In this document: positions 53,711-63,376 of the stretch, piece by piece
How the letters are laid out: every line of letters begins with the position of its first letter
How positions within the stretch are numbered: the first letter of the stretch is position 1
Assembly (NCBI GenBank): GCA_963782915.1
Contig: CAWALK010000025.1
Span: 75,704-139,703, forward strand
From: an uncultured archaeon
GTDB taxonomy: Archaea > Thermoproteota > Bathyarchaeia > Bathyarchaeales > Bathycorpusculaceae
DNA: 64,000 nucleotides
Direction of reading: 5' to 3'
Notes under the pieces: model-generated
Databases searched by the model: none
The model's input: the letters and a program-made list of their open reading frames with translations, nothing else
What the model was told of the DNA's origin: nothing
Translations under genes and position numbers: made by a program

Positions 53711-54723
53711 CACAGAACCAAACCGACAACGTCATTATCGTTGAAGGCTTGACAAAAGTATTCAACAACAGCCTAGTCGCAGTCGACCACATAAATTTCA
53801 ATGTGAAAAGAGGCGAAATCTTCGGTTTCTTGGGACCCAACGGTGCAGGAAAAACAACCACCATCAAAATGCTCATTACAGTAACAAGACCAACCGACGG
53901 CAAAGCCTCGATTTTAGGCGGCGACATAGCCAAACAAAGCATAGACGTACGAGGTAGCATCGGCGTGGTTCCCCAAGAATACACGGCAGACGAAGACCTA
54001 ACCGGCATGGAGAACATTATGTTATGCGCTGACCTCTATGGGATACCTCGGCAGGTGTCAAAGAAACGAGCTATGGAACTACTCAACCTTGTAGAGTTAA
54101 CTGCTTTCAAGGACAAGCGTGTTCAAACTTTCTCGGGCGGTATGCGTAGACGACTGGAATTAGCCTGCGGTTTAATCAATCGACCCAAAGTCCTCTTCCT
54201 AGATGAGCCTACACTGGGTTTAGACGTACAAACACGCGCTGCAACATGGAATTACGTAAAGATGCTCAAGAAAGAATACGGCATGACACTATTCCTAACA
54301 ACCCACTATCTAGAAGAAGCTGATGCACTTTGCGACCGCATAGCCATCATTGACCACGGCAAAATCGTCGTCGAAGGTACTCCAACTGAGCTAAAAGACA
54401 GCTTAGGCGGAGACATAATAACCCTCTCCATCCAGAACAACCAAGAAGACATCACCGGTTTAATCAGCAAAGTAGAACACGTCAAAACCGTTACTAAAGA
54501 AAACGGCGGGTACACCGTAAAATCATCCAACGGAGAATTAACCGCACCCCTAATCATCGAAGCAATAAGAAAGAACGGCCATATCGTAACCAAACTATCA
54601 CTGACAAAACCAACTCTAAACGAAGTCTACCTGCAATACACTGGTAAATCAATGCGTGATGCCGAGGAATCGCCAGGAACTGTAATGGCACAGAGAATGG
54701 CTCTTGGGAGGGCGCACAGATGA
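53707..54723 (+). CDS. DrrA-like ABC transporter ATP-binding protein
   Basis: GPNGAGKTT, FSGGMRRRLE, LFLDEPTLGLD. Confidence 0.92.
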   Translation: MTQNQTDNVIIVEGLTKVFNNSLVAVDHINFNVKRGEIFGFLGPNGAGKTTTIKMLITVTRPTDGKASILGGDIAKQSIDVRGSIGVVPQEYTADEDLTGMENIMLCADLYGIPRQVSKKRAMELLNLVELTAFKDKRVQTFSGGMRRRLELACGLINRPKVLFLDEPTLGLDVQTRAATWNYVKMLKKEYGMTLFLTTHYLEEADALCDRIAIIDHGKIVVEGTPTELKDSLGGDIITLSIQNNQEDITGLISKVEHVKTVTKENGGYTVKSSNGELTAPLIIEAIRKNGHIVTKLSLTKPTLNEVYLQYTGKSMRDAEESPGTVMAQRMALGRAHR

Positions 54724-55562
54724 GTCAAGATGAGCAGGTTTCAAAGAGCCGATTCCATGGTCTCTGGGCACTAACAAACCGGGAACTCAAGAAATGGTAT
54801 CAGCAACCCTTCGTCTTTGCCATGGGCGTTATCCAACCTATACTCTGGCTTGCCCTGCTAGGCAAAGCAATGAACCTCAGCGCAATGATACCGACTAACA
54901 TTCCAGGAGTGAGCCAAAACGCCGTCATGTTGGCGACCTTTGGCACAACGGATTACTTCAGTTTCATGGCCATGGGTATGGTAGCATTCACCGTCGTATT
55001 CACAACCGCATTCACGGGCATGTCAGTAGTATGGGATAAACGCTTAGGCTTCATGAACAAAGTACTCAGCACACCCGTTTCACGCTCAGCAATCATCCTC
55101 TCCAAAGTGTTCTCTGCAAGCATACGCTCAATATTCCAAGCAGGCATCGTAACAGTCGTCGCATTCGCACTGGGCTTAGTCACAGGCACCAACTTCGCAT
55201 GGTGGAGCATACTGGGAGTCTTTGGTATAGTGTTCCTAATCAGCGTTGGCCTATCATCGTTGTTCACAGCCCTAACATTGCGTGCAACAAGAATGGAAAT
55301 GCCCCAGGCACTCTTCCAACTGATCACATTGCCCTTAATGTTTGCAAGCAGCGCATATTTCCCCATCGACAAAATGCCCGATTGGCTACAGGTCATCGCA
55401 AGCGTAAATCCAATCAGCTACACCATCGACGCAGTTAGACGACTAATGATATTCAGCGATGGTTACTCACAGCTACTGCTAGACTTTGCATTCGTCGGTG
55501 TCTTTGCAATCATAGTCACAGCCATATGCGTGGTTCTCTCATGGAGATACCTAAACAAGTAA
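54720..55562 (+). CDS. DrrB-like ABC-2 permease
   Basis: Six TMs, WDKRLGF, NPISY.IDA.R. Confidence 0.9.
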   Translation: MSQDEQVSKSRFHGLWALTNRELKKWYQQPFVFAMGVIQPILWLALLGKAMNLSAMIPTNIPGVSQNAVMLATFGTTDYFSFMAMGMVAFTVVFTTAFTGMSVVWDKRLGFMNKVLSTPVSRSAIILSKVFSASIRSIFQAGIVTVVAFALGLVTGTNFAWWSILGVFGIVFLISVGLSSLFTALTLRATRMEMPQALFQLITLPLMFASSAYFPIDKMPDWLQVIASVNPISYTIDAVRRLMIFSDGYSQLLLDFAFVGVFAIIVTAICVVLSWRYLNK

Positions 55563-55726
55563 AACAGCAAAACACTGTTTTCCCTTCTTTTCTTCTATAA
55601 ATTACAAAAACAAAAAATGTTTGAGTTGAGCATCTCAGACGCTAAGTAACCCATTTGGGCTTACTGTCAAGCCATGAAGAGCGTACACTTGTCAAAATAA
55701 TTATAACTGACTTTGAGACATAGATA

Positions 55727-56056
55727 TTGGTGATTTTTTTGGTAAGCGCGAATGACCTTGCAGGTAAAAAAGTTGTTAGTACAAACGGTGACGCTATCGG
55801 TGAGGTAAAAGACGTCGAATTCGATATGAAAACTTGGAGAATCAATGAATTATTATTGAAGCTATCTGAGAAAGCCGCTTCTGAACTGGGTTACAAAAAA
55901 ACAACAGGTACTATTGGTGCTCTTAATGTAACCCGTGGACGCAAATCTGTATTCATGCCAGTCGAGCTTATTTCATCAATTAGCGATGTTATAACAATCA
56001 ACAAATCGCTTCTTGAAATAACTGAAGGTCAGCTAGTAAAGAAATACTCTGAGTGA
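55727..56056 (+). CDS. PRC-barrel domain protein
   Basis: DLAGKKVVSTNGDAIGEVKDVEFD. Confidence 0.85.
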   Translation: MVIFLVSANDLAGKKVVSTNGDAIGEVKDVEFDMKTWRINELLLKLSEKAASELGYKKTTGTIGALNVTRGRKSVFMPVELISSISDVITINKSLLEITEGQLVKKYSE

Positions 56057-56263
56057 CTAAACTTCGGATAGTTAAGTGAATAATTCTCTGTTTTCTTTTT
56101 TATTTATTTGGTATGCTTCACAGGGTATGGTATGGCTAAGAATAATATGATTGAATGTCAATAAATATTCTAGGGCCTTTAATTTTTCAAAAAATATTGG
56201 ATTTTTTCTAATAAAAAAGGATTGTTTGGAATTTATTAAATCGCCTCAGAATTCGCTCAAATG

Positions 56264-56581
56264 TTACAGCTTTGAAAGTATTCCAAATATAGCTCCGATT
56301 ATTATTAGCCAAGCAACAAACCATGCTCCTAGTAATGAAGCGCCTATTCCAATAAGTATAAGTAAAATAGCGGTTCCCAAATGATTAACAAATCTAGCTC
56401 CTCCAGCACAAATTAAGCCCATTATACCTATCACAATTCCCCAGAAGAGGGCGGTCAATGCGAAAGCGGGATAGAAGATTAGCCAAAAAATACCCAGTGC
56501 TGCTGCAATGCCAAAGAAAATCAGAATCAAGCCTCCTACTAATGCCATAATCCAGCCTAGAGTGTATAAAATTCGAATCAA
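56264..56581 (-). CDS. Small four-TM membrane protein
   Basis: Hydrophobic Gly-rich ORF, GGAGGTGA SD. Confidence 0.7.
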   Translation of the reverse strand: MIRILYTLGWIMALVGGLILIFFGIAAALGIFWLIFYPAFALTALFWGIVIGIMGLICAGGARFVNHLGTAILLILIGIGASLLGAWFVAWLIIIGAIFGILSKL

Positions 56582-56858
56582 TGACTATTCACCTCCGCTA
56601 TCTACAACGTTTTATTTCTCCTATTTTTTATTCCTAATCAGAAATTGAGTTAACTGCAATAAAAGAAAGTGTGACTGCGCTCTTGCAACTACAGCTCGTA
56701 CTACTGACTATATGTGATTGCCCAGAAAATGCAGCTCACCAACAACCAAACAATGAATTATAGGATAGTTCACCTATGGTGCATAGCATCAAATGCTGCT
56801 AGTCTTTATATGAACGCACTAATTCCATGTTCAATGAACGTTAAAGAAGCGAAAATAA

Positions 56859-57557
56859 ATGTCATCAAAAACTCCAGTCGTCGAAGCAATCGACGTTAAA
56901 AAAACTTACATGTTGGGCAAAGTCCCAGTGGAAGCCTTACGCGGGGTAAACCTGCGTGTTGAAACAGGAGACTTCGTCTCAATTCTTGGGCCAAGCGGCA
57001 GCGGCAAATCAACCATGTTAAACCTCATCGGCGCCTTAGACAAACCCACGTCAGGCACCATGCTAATCGATGGGGAAGACATCGGTAAACTAAACGATAA
57101 CCAACTTGCAGAGATCCGACTAAAAATCGGATTTGTCTTCCAATTCTTCAATTTAATTCCCCGATTAACCGCACATGACAACGTGGAATTGTCCATGTCC
57201 ATAGCTAACATCAGCAAAGGCGAACGCAAAAAACGTGCAAATGAACTCTTAGAAACCGTGGGCTTAAAAGACAGAATCAACCATAAACCCGCCGAACTCA
57301 GCGGCGGCCAACAGCAACGAGTCGCCATCGCACGTGCCCTAGCAAACAACCCTAAATTCCTGTTACTCGACGAACCTACAGGAAACGTAGATTCCAAAAC
57401 CGCAAGCGAAGTTTTAACTCTAATCAAGAAACTCAACAAAGAAAACAACGTTAGCATAATCATGGTTACTCATGACCAGCATCTCGCACGGGAAGCAAGA
57501 AGAACCGTGCAAATGTTTGATGGAGAAATCTCCTCAGATGTGGTGAATGGACAATGA
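56859..57557 (+). CDS. ABC transporter ATP-binding protein (LolD/MacB type)
   Basis: [33 protein letters not shown]. Confidence 0.93.
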   Translation: MSSKTPVVEAIDVKKTYMLGKVPVEALRGVNLRVETGDFVSILGPSGSGKSTMLNLIGALDKPTSGTMLIDGEDIGKLNDNQLAEIRLKIGFVFQFFNLIPRLTAHDNVELSMSIANISKGERKKRANELLETVGLKDRINHKPAELSGGQQQRVAIARALANNPKFLLLDEPTGNVDSKTASEVLTLIKKLNKENNVSIIMVTHDQHLAREARRTVQMFDGEISSDVVNGQ

Positions 57558-58864
57558 AAACAATAGATATTTTCGGTTATTCTTTTAGCGCAATAAAGCT
57601 GCGTAAACTAAGAGCAGCCCTAACAACTTTGGGGGTTATCATCGGCATCGCAGCCATCGTGGCGTTGCTCTCGATTACTCAAGGCTTACAAACAACCATA
57701 ACTGGCCAGCTTAACCAGGGCTTATCTGCAAACACGCTGATTGTGACTTCAAGCAGTGGCGGCGGCGGATTAGGCGGCTTTGGCGCAGGCGGCGGAGGCG
57801 GAGGCGGTTTAGGAGGAAGCAGCGAAAGCTCAGGGTTTAGCCTCTACGCCAACTATACCGACGAAATCAACGCTTTGTCGCCCGATATCACGTCGTCAGT
57901 GGCGGTTATCAGCCACAGCGGATACATAACAGCCGATAACCTGAACCGAACAGTATCCATCTACGGCGTTAACTATAACGACTACGCACAAGTCTACGAC
58001 ACAACATTCGTAGCACAAAGCGGCACCATACCCACCAACCCAACGGAAAACGACGCTATCGTGGGCACACGAGTAAACCAGCCAGGACAAAACGGCACCA
58101 TCTTCTTCAACACAGGCGACAGAATCAACATCACATGGACCAACGCCACCACACTGCCGCCAGTCAACGAAACCTACACCGCAAACGTCGTGGGCGTACT
58201 GAACAAAATCGGCGGATTCGGCATAGGCGGACCCTCAGACACAGGCGTCTACATCCCACTCTCCAAAGCTGAAAGCTTCTTTGACACAAAACAAGCAGAC
58301 ATGATAATCGTCACCCTAAACAACAGCGAAAACGCAACAATCAGCAACGTCTCCAAACTCATAACTGACCACTTCAGCAACCAAGTCTCCGTCACCTCAT
58401 CCACCGCAGTGCTAAGTTTACTCTCCAGCGTGTTTGGCACAATACAGCTATTCCTAGGCGGTATCGCAGCAATTTCGCTTCTCGTTGCAGGCATCGGCAT
58501 CATGAACATCATGATTGTATCCTTGATTGAACGCACCCGCGAAATCGGCATACTCAAAGCATTGGGGATGAAAAGCAGAACCGTACTGACCATATTCCTT
58601 GGCGAATCAGTCATCATCGGCTTAATGGGCGCAATCATAGGCATCATTTTAGGCTGGGTACTTGCCAACGTCACAGCAACCGTTTTGGGCAGCGGCGGAT
58701 TCATCGGCGGCGGAAGCGGCGCATTCACCATTACACCACTGTTGACTCCTGAAGTTCTTATCGGAGCGTTAGGCTTTGGCGTGGGTGTAAGCGTAATTTT
58801 TGCGCTCTACCCTGCTTGGCGTGCTTCGAAACTAAAACCAGTCGATGCATTAAGATACGAATAG
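57554..58864 (+). CDS. MacB/FtsX family ABC permease
   Basis: LRAALTTLGVIIG, ERTREIGILKALG, YPAWRASKL.P.DALRYE. Confidence 0.92.
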   Translation: MKTIDIFGYSFSAIKLRKLRAALTTLGVIIGIAAIVALLSITQGLQTTITGQLNQGLSANTLIVTSSSGGGGLGGFGAGGGGGGGLGGSSESSGFSLYANYTDEINALSPDITSSVAVISHSGYITADNLNRTVSIYGVNYNDYAQVYDTTFVAQSGTIPTNPTENDAIVGTRVNQPGQNGTIFFNTGDRINITWTNATTLPPVNETYTANVVGVLNKIGGFGIGGPSDTGVYIPLSKAESFFDTKQADMIIVTLNNSENATISNVSKLITDHFSNQVSVTSSTAVLSLLSSVFGTIQLFLGGIAAISLLVAGIGIMNIMIVSLIERTREIGILKALGMKSRTVLTIFLGESVIIGLMGAIIGIILGWVLANVTATVLGSGGFIGGGSGAFTITPLLTPEVLIGALGFGVGVSVIFALYPAWRASKLKPVDALRYE

Positions 58865-58960
58865 CGGCACAATCAGCCCTTTCTTTTTCTTTTTTTTTTG
58901 AATCGCTAAACCCGTACAAGTTTTAAGATAGAACCTACATTAAACCCGCAGGTGCTCCAA

Positions 58961-59408
58961 TTGAAGCGTCTCTACCCCGACCAACCCATCGTAGGCATCG
59001 GCGTCGTCATAGTCAAAGAAGGCAAACTTGCCCTAATCAAAACGAGGCAACGAACCTGGAAAAGGCAAATGGAGCATACCCGGCGGATTAATTGAACTCG
59101 GTGAACACATCGAACAAACCGTTATTAGAGAAGCAAAAGAGGAAACCTGCCTAGAAGTCACAGACCCCCGTTTAGTTGACGTTGTAGACACTGTAGAAAC
59201 GGATAAAGAAGGCAAAATAAAATATCATTATGTCATCGTCGATTACCTCGTTAGAGTTGTCGGCGGGCAAATCGCTGCGGCAAGCGACGCGGAGGAACTC
59301 AGGTGGGTGCCTTTTGAGGAAGTCGAAAACTATGTTTTAACGTCTTCTTTTAGGCACTTTTTCTGTGACAATAAAGAAAAACTCTCAAAGGCTACCTCAT
59401 ACCCATAA
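58961..59408 (+). CDS. NUDIX hydrolase (frameshift near 59040; not in ORF track)
   Basis: TTG-KRLYPDQPIVGIG; WSIPGGLIELGEHIEQTVIREAKEET Nudix box. Confidence 0.85.
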
Positions 59409-59513
59409 TTAAATTATTTTTCGATGCATCCTTGCCCTGAAAGGTTATTGTATGTAATTTTCTGTATTCACAAGCCATTATCGAAACCCCCCATCATTCT
59501 AAGGTAGATAACG

Positions 59514-60452
59514 ATGATTTCCCTAAACAGATTAGCCAAAACAGTATTAACCACACAAAACTTTTCCACCGCCATCCGATCAAGACAAACGAAAGAAAGA
59601 GTACAAATCAAATTCAGAAACGGCTTATCACTAAAATTAACTTGGGCGCAATTTGTCCATTTAAGAGACAACTATCAATCTATGAGGGGATTCTCAATAA
59701 ACCAGTTAGGCGACGACTTGTTCAGAATAAAAAACGAGAAACTGGACCTAACTTGTCCATCACAAGACGTCAGCTTAATCCTAAAAGTAAACTCAAAATA
59801 CACTATCGAACAACTCGAAGACGGCTTATTCAAAATAGAATGTGAACAATTCGAACTCGTAGGATCGTACGTAGCTTCAGGTCTGATTTTTCTAGTAAAC
59901 GAGTATCTTAACGGCGACTACAAATGCAACTGTAGCGGCAAAGTCGTCCTAGATATCGGCGGCTTTCAAGGTGAAACAGCAGTTTTCTTTTCATTGATGG
60001 GTGCCAAAAAAGTAGTAATCTATGAACCTATAACAGTTCATCAACAATTCATCAGAAGAAATGTAGAGTTGAACGGTGTGGATGCTGAAATCTATGAAGA
60101 AGGTATCGGAGATAAAACAGAGGTTAAAACCATCAGCTATGACGAGATAACGGTAGGTTTTGGATTAGACATGTGTGGTTCCAAGAAGATGACTGTTAAA
60201 ATCAGAGATGCCTCCGAGGTAATAGAAAGAAGCGGCGCTCAAATTGCAAAGTTGGATTGTGAAGGGGGCGAAAGCAGTCTTTTGAAGGTACCGAGCGAGA
60301 TTCTGCGAAAAATCGAGGTCTACATGATTGAAACGCATAGTGCAGCAGTCAAGTCGGCCCTACTAGAAAAATTTGGCTCTTGCGGTTTTAGGGTAACAAA
60401 AAATACCAACGGCGACCCCTGCTCTATAGTGCACTTTGAAAGAATAAATTAA
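59514..60452 (+). CDS. FkbM family methyltransferase
   Basis: VVLDIGGFQGET..GAKKV..YEP, KLDCEGGE. Confidence 0.85.
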   Translation: MISLNRLAKTVLTTQNFSTAIRSRQTKERVQIKFRNGLSLKLTWAQFVHLRDNYQSMRGFSINQLGDDLFRIKNEKLDLTCPSQDVSLILKVNSKYTIEQLEDGLFKIECEQFELVGSYVASGLIFLVNEYLNGDYKCNCSGKVVLDIGGFQGETAVFFSLMGAKKVVIYEPITVHQQFIRRNVELNGVDAEIYEEGIGDKTEVKTISYDEITVGFGLDMCGSKKMTVKIRDASEVIERSGAQIAKLDCEGGESSLLKVPSEILRKIEVYMIETHSAAVKSALLEKFGSCGFRVTKNTNGDPCSIVHFERIN

Positions 60453-60524
60453 CTTCATACTTATACGCAACGGAAAACGGGTAACCAATATGCTGAAAAA
60501 CAGCTGTCGCCTAATGTTTAAGGC

Positions 60525-61607
60525 ATGAGCCGCTTTGCCATAAGAAAACCCGGAGTTTACATAGAAGAAATAAGTATCCAACCCAAATCAATCGAGGGAG
60601 TGAGCACCAGTACGGCAGCGTTTTTAGGGGAAACGCAAATCGGCCCAGACGCGCCTACATTAATCACCGGTTGGTTGCAGTTTCAGTCTGTTTTCGGGGG
60701 CTATTTTGGAGTGGATGAGTTTCTGCCTTTTGCGGTTGAGGGCTTCTTTGCTAACTGCGGTCAACGATGCTATATTTGCAGGGTTTCGAGTGGGGATTAT
60801 GCGTCGGCGTTGGCTAAACTTGAAGCAGTCGAGGAGATTTCGATTATTTATTCGCCTAACGCGCAGGCAGTGGCTGGCCTTGCCGATGCAATCATTGGGC
60901 ATTGTGAGCGACTCAAAAACAGATTCGCCATTTTCGATTCCATAAAAGGGCAAACCCCAACAAACATCACCAAGCCACTTGCTTCCTCCTACGCCGCCCT
61001 CTATTACCCATGGATTGCTGTTAAGCAGAACGGGGCGGGGCAGACATATCTGGTTCCACCAGGAGGGCATATAGTCGGAATTTACGCCCACACAGATGTT
61101 GAGCGGGGTGTTCATAAGGCACCGGCCAACGTGTTAGTCCAAGGCGCAGTCGGCTTAGAATATGCAGTAACCAAAAGCGAGCAGGACAACCTCAACCCAG
61201 AGGGCATCAATTGCATCCGCAACTTCGAAGGCAGAGGCATCCTTGTTTGGGGTGCAAGAACACTCTCAAGCGACCCCGAATACAAGTACATCAGCGTACG
61301 TAGGTTGCTGATTTATCTTGAACAATCCGTAAAGAAGGGGACGGCTTGGGTGGCTTTTGAGCCTAATAACGAGGTTACTTGGGCTAAAGTGAAGGTGCAA
61401 ATCCAAACTTTTCTAACCCAAAGTTGGAAAAACGGCATGTTACTGGGTTCAACGCAGCAGGAAGCTTACTTTGTCCGCTGCGATAAAACAACCATGACTC
61501 AAAACGACCTCGACAACGGCCGATTAAACGTGCTTATCGGTGTGGCAGTGACTAAGCCAGCGGAATATGTGATTTTGCGTGTGAATCAAAAGATAGTTAA
61601 CCCTTAG
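60525..61607 (+). CDS. Contractile phage-tail / eCIS sheath protein (orphan)
   Basis: PGVYIEE, AALYYPW, VPP.GH..G.YA.TD..RGVHKAPAN, LNPEGINCIR.F.GRG..VWGARTL, YISVRRL, FEPN, PAEY. Confidence 0.92.
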   Translation: MSRFAIRKPGVYIEEISIQPKSIEGVSTSTAAFLGETQIGPDAPTLITGWLQFQSVFGGYFGVDEFLPFAVEGFFANCGQRCYICRVSSGDYASALAKLEAVEEISIIYSPNAQAVAGLADAIIGHCERLKNRFAIFDSIKGQTPTNITKPLASSYAALYYPWIAVKQNGAGQTYLVPPGGHIVGIYAHTDVERGVHKAPANVLVQGAVGLEYAVTKSEQDNLNPEGINCIRNFEGRGILVWGARTLSSDPEYKYISVRRLLIYLEQSVKKGTAWVAFEPNNEVTWAKVKVQIQTFLTQSWKNGMLLGSTQQEAYFVRCDKTTMTQNDLDNGRLNVLIGVAVTKPAEYVILRVNQKIVNP

Positions 61608-61655
61608 CTTCTTTTTTGGGAGTTCAGATTTGGGGTTGCCTGTTTTTCTCAGTGT

Positions 61656-61850
61656 GTTGTTGCCAAAAACCACCTATACACAACAACTACCAATGGGCTC
61701 GGCAGGCATCTGGGTTTTGGCGTCTGCGTCTGTGTTGGGTTGCAGGTTGGCTGTGGAGGCTTTTGCAAGCAGCACAGAATTTTTAATTTACCGTGATAGA
61801 CTCAGCGTTTGTTGCTCTGCCGAGGTACCCCCTCCCTCTATAAATAGACT
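61656..61850 (+). repeat. Dispersed modular repeat
   Basis: Shares modules with 14528-14566, 48251-48420(-) and 35001-35100(-). Confidence 0.8.
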
Positions 61851-61959
61851 AAAATTCTTTCCTTCTAACTACAACAACAGAGAGGTAGCAACTCAATCTA
61901 GTGCACCAATGACCTTTTTCCAAGCAATTGGATACCCACCCTATCTCTGTTTACAAACC

Positions 61960-62002
61960 TTGACTATCCGTAGTCAAGAAACCTATACAAGAACGCTTTT
62001 AA
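61960..62002 (+). promoter_or_regulatory. Conserved operator array plus BRE/TATA
   Basis: TTGACT-N6-AGTCAA-N6-TATACA-AGAACGC-TTTTAA. Confidence 0.75.
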
Positions 62003-62020
62003 CTAAAGTTAGCCCAAAGA

Positions 62021-63244
62021 ATGACTATGCGAAAAATAAGTAAGGTCTTAGCTGTACTGATAGCCGTTATAATCCTAAGTTCGATTGTTGCCTTTCAATT
62101 ATCAACCGTAAAGGGGCAGTCTAAGATAATAGTTGTACCAGACGACTATCCAACAATCCAGTCAGCAGTAGGTAATGCAAGTGCAGGAGACACAGTATTT
62201 GTAGAGAAAGGAATCTACAGAGAAAATATAATTATCGATAAGCCGTTGACTTTAACGGGCGAAAGCAATCAAGATACAATAATCGATAGCGTACCTAAGC
62301 GTTTTGAAAATAACCCGACAATCGCGGTTGAAGCTGACGATGTTACGATAAGCGGGTTTACGATATCTAGTGGCTATAACGGTGTCTCCATAGGGAATTT
62401 TAGTGGATGCAGAGTAGTTAGTAACATTATTAGTAATAACCTTGAAAGGGGCGTCCTATTAGGTGGCGAGGACGCTCTTGTTATTGGAAACGATTTCATA
62501 GGAAATACTTTTTGCGGAATACACGTCTACTTCTCAAAGAACAGTCAAGTCTCCAGCAATACAATAGGTGGAAGTTACTTTTCAGAGGTTGGAGTAATCA
62601 TTGACTCCAGCGTTAACATAACAATCACAAATAACACCATATCAAAAAATGGGCTGTCCAACGAACCGGATAGTCACAGGGGCGGAATACGGCTAGGAAG
62701 AAGCGTGTCATGCAATGTATTTGGAAACGCTATCTTTGACAACCATGGTTACGGTGTGATGTTTGCAGAGGACGTGAACTATGCTCAAGTCCATGATAAC
62801 AGCATAGCCCACAATAATGTTGGCGTTGAATTGTTTAACTTCCTAATATTTGGAGAAGACCAGATTGGCGTTCAAAACCAATTGTGGAATAATAATTTGA
62901 GGAATAACATTCAACAAGCGGTAGTGCGCAGTGGGCTATCTGGAGTGCTACCAAACCCGCCTTATACCAATGGCACCGGCATCGTTTCTTGGGATAACGG
63001 TGCAGTTGGCAATTTTTGGAATGACTACAATGGCAATGGCTCATATGTTATCGATGAGAATAACGTTGACCATTATCCTTTGCCACAGCAAGTAAATATT
63101 CCTGTACCAACCCCCAATATGCCGAGTAATAGAAATGCACCCCATTTAAAGTTGACAGATTACCTACTGCCAATCAGCATTATAGTGGCAATCATTATTT
63201 TGGTATCAGTTTTGGCTCTTAGAAGGCATCAAAAAACCCACTAA
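62021..63244 (+). CDS. NosD/CASH parallel beta-helix surface protein
   Basis: IVVPDDYPTIQSAV.NA.AGDTVFV..GIY.E, WDNGAVGNFW, D.YPL, C-terminal TM; paralog of 32549-33760. Confidence 0.88.
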   Translation: MTMRKISKVLAVLIAVIILSSIVAFQLSTVKGQSKIIVVPDDYPTIQSAVGNASAGDTVFVEKGIYRENIIIDKPLTLTGESNQDTIIDSVPKRFENNPTIAVEADDVTISGFTISSGYNGVSIGNFSGCRVVSNIISNNLERGVLLGGEDALVIGNDFIGNTFCGIHVYFSKNSQVSSNTIGGSYFSEVGVIIDSSVNITITNNTISKNGLSNEPDSHRGGIRLGRSVSCNVFGNAIFDNHGYGVMFAEDVNYAQVHDNSIAHNNVGVELFNFLIFGEDQIGVQNQLWNNNLRNNIQQAVVRSGLSGVLPNPPYTNGTGIVSWDNGAVGNFWNDYNGNGSYVIDENNVDHYPLPQQVNIPVPTPNMPSNRNAPHLKLTDYLLPISIIVAIIILVSVLALRRHQKTH

Positions 63245-63376
63245 CTTGAAGCAATGACCTTTTCCCAAGCAAGTGTATACCCTACAGGGGTGTTCTATCT
63301 TATAGACGATGCTTTTTTGACTGTTCTATAGAGTAGCACTAAATACGATGGGCATACGTTAGAAGTAGGTAATTAG

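Larger units (their letters stand above)
61907..63282 (+). repeat. 31-bp direct repeat pair (61907-61937 and 63252-63282) bracketing a NosD-like gene
   Basis: CAATGACCTTTTTCCAAGCAATTGGATACCC vs CAATGACCTTTTCCCAAGCAAGTGTATACCC, 28/31 identical. Confidence 0.85.

Noticed and set aside
57750-57820. GGC-rich repeat in the MacB permease
   Set aside because: Ordinary poly-Gly linker coding sequence.
2955-59408. Programmed frameshifting or mass pseudogenisation (polB, asnB, alkA, MMPL, NUDIX, parB-like)
   Set aside because: Single-base breaks are scattered, several in short homopolymers and including housekeeping genes, which fits long-read consensus errors better.
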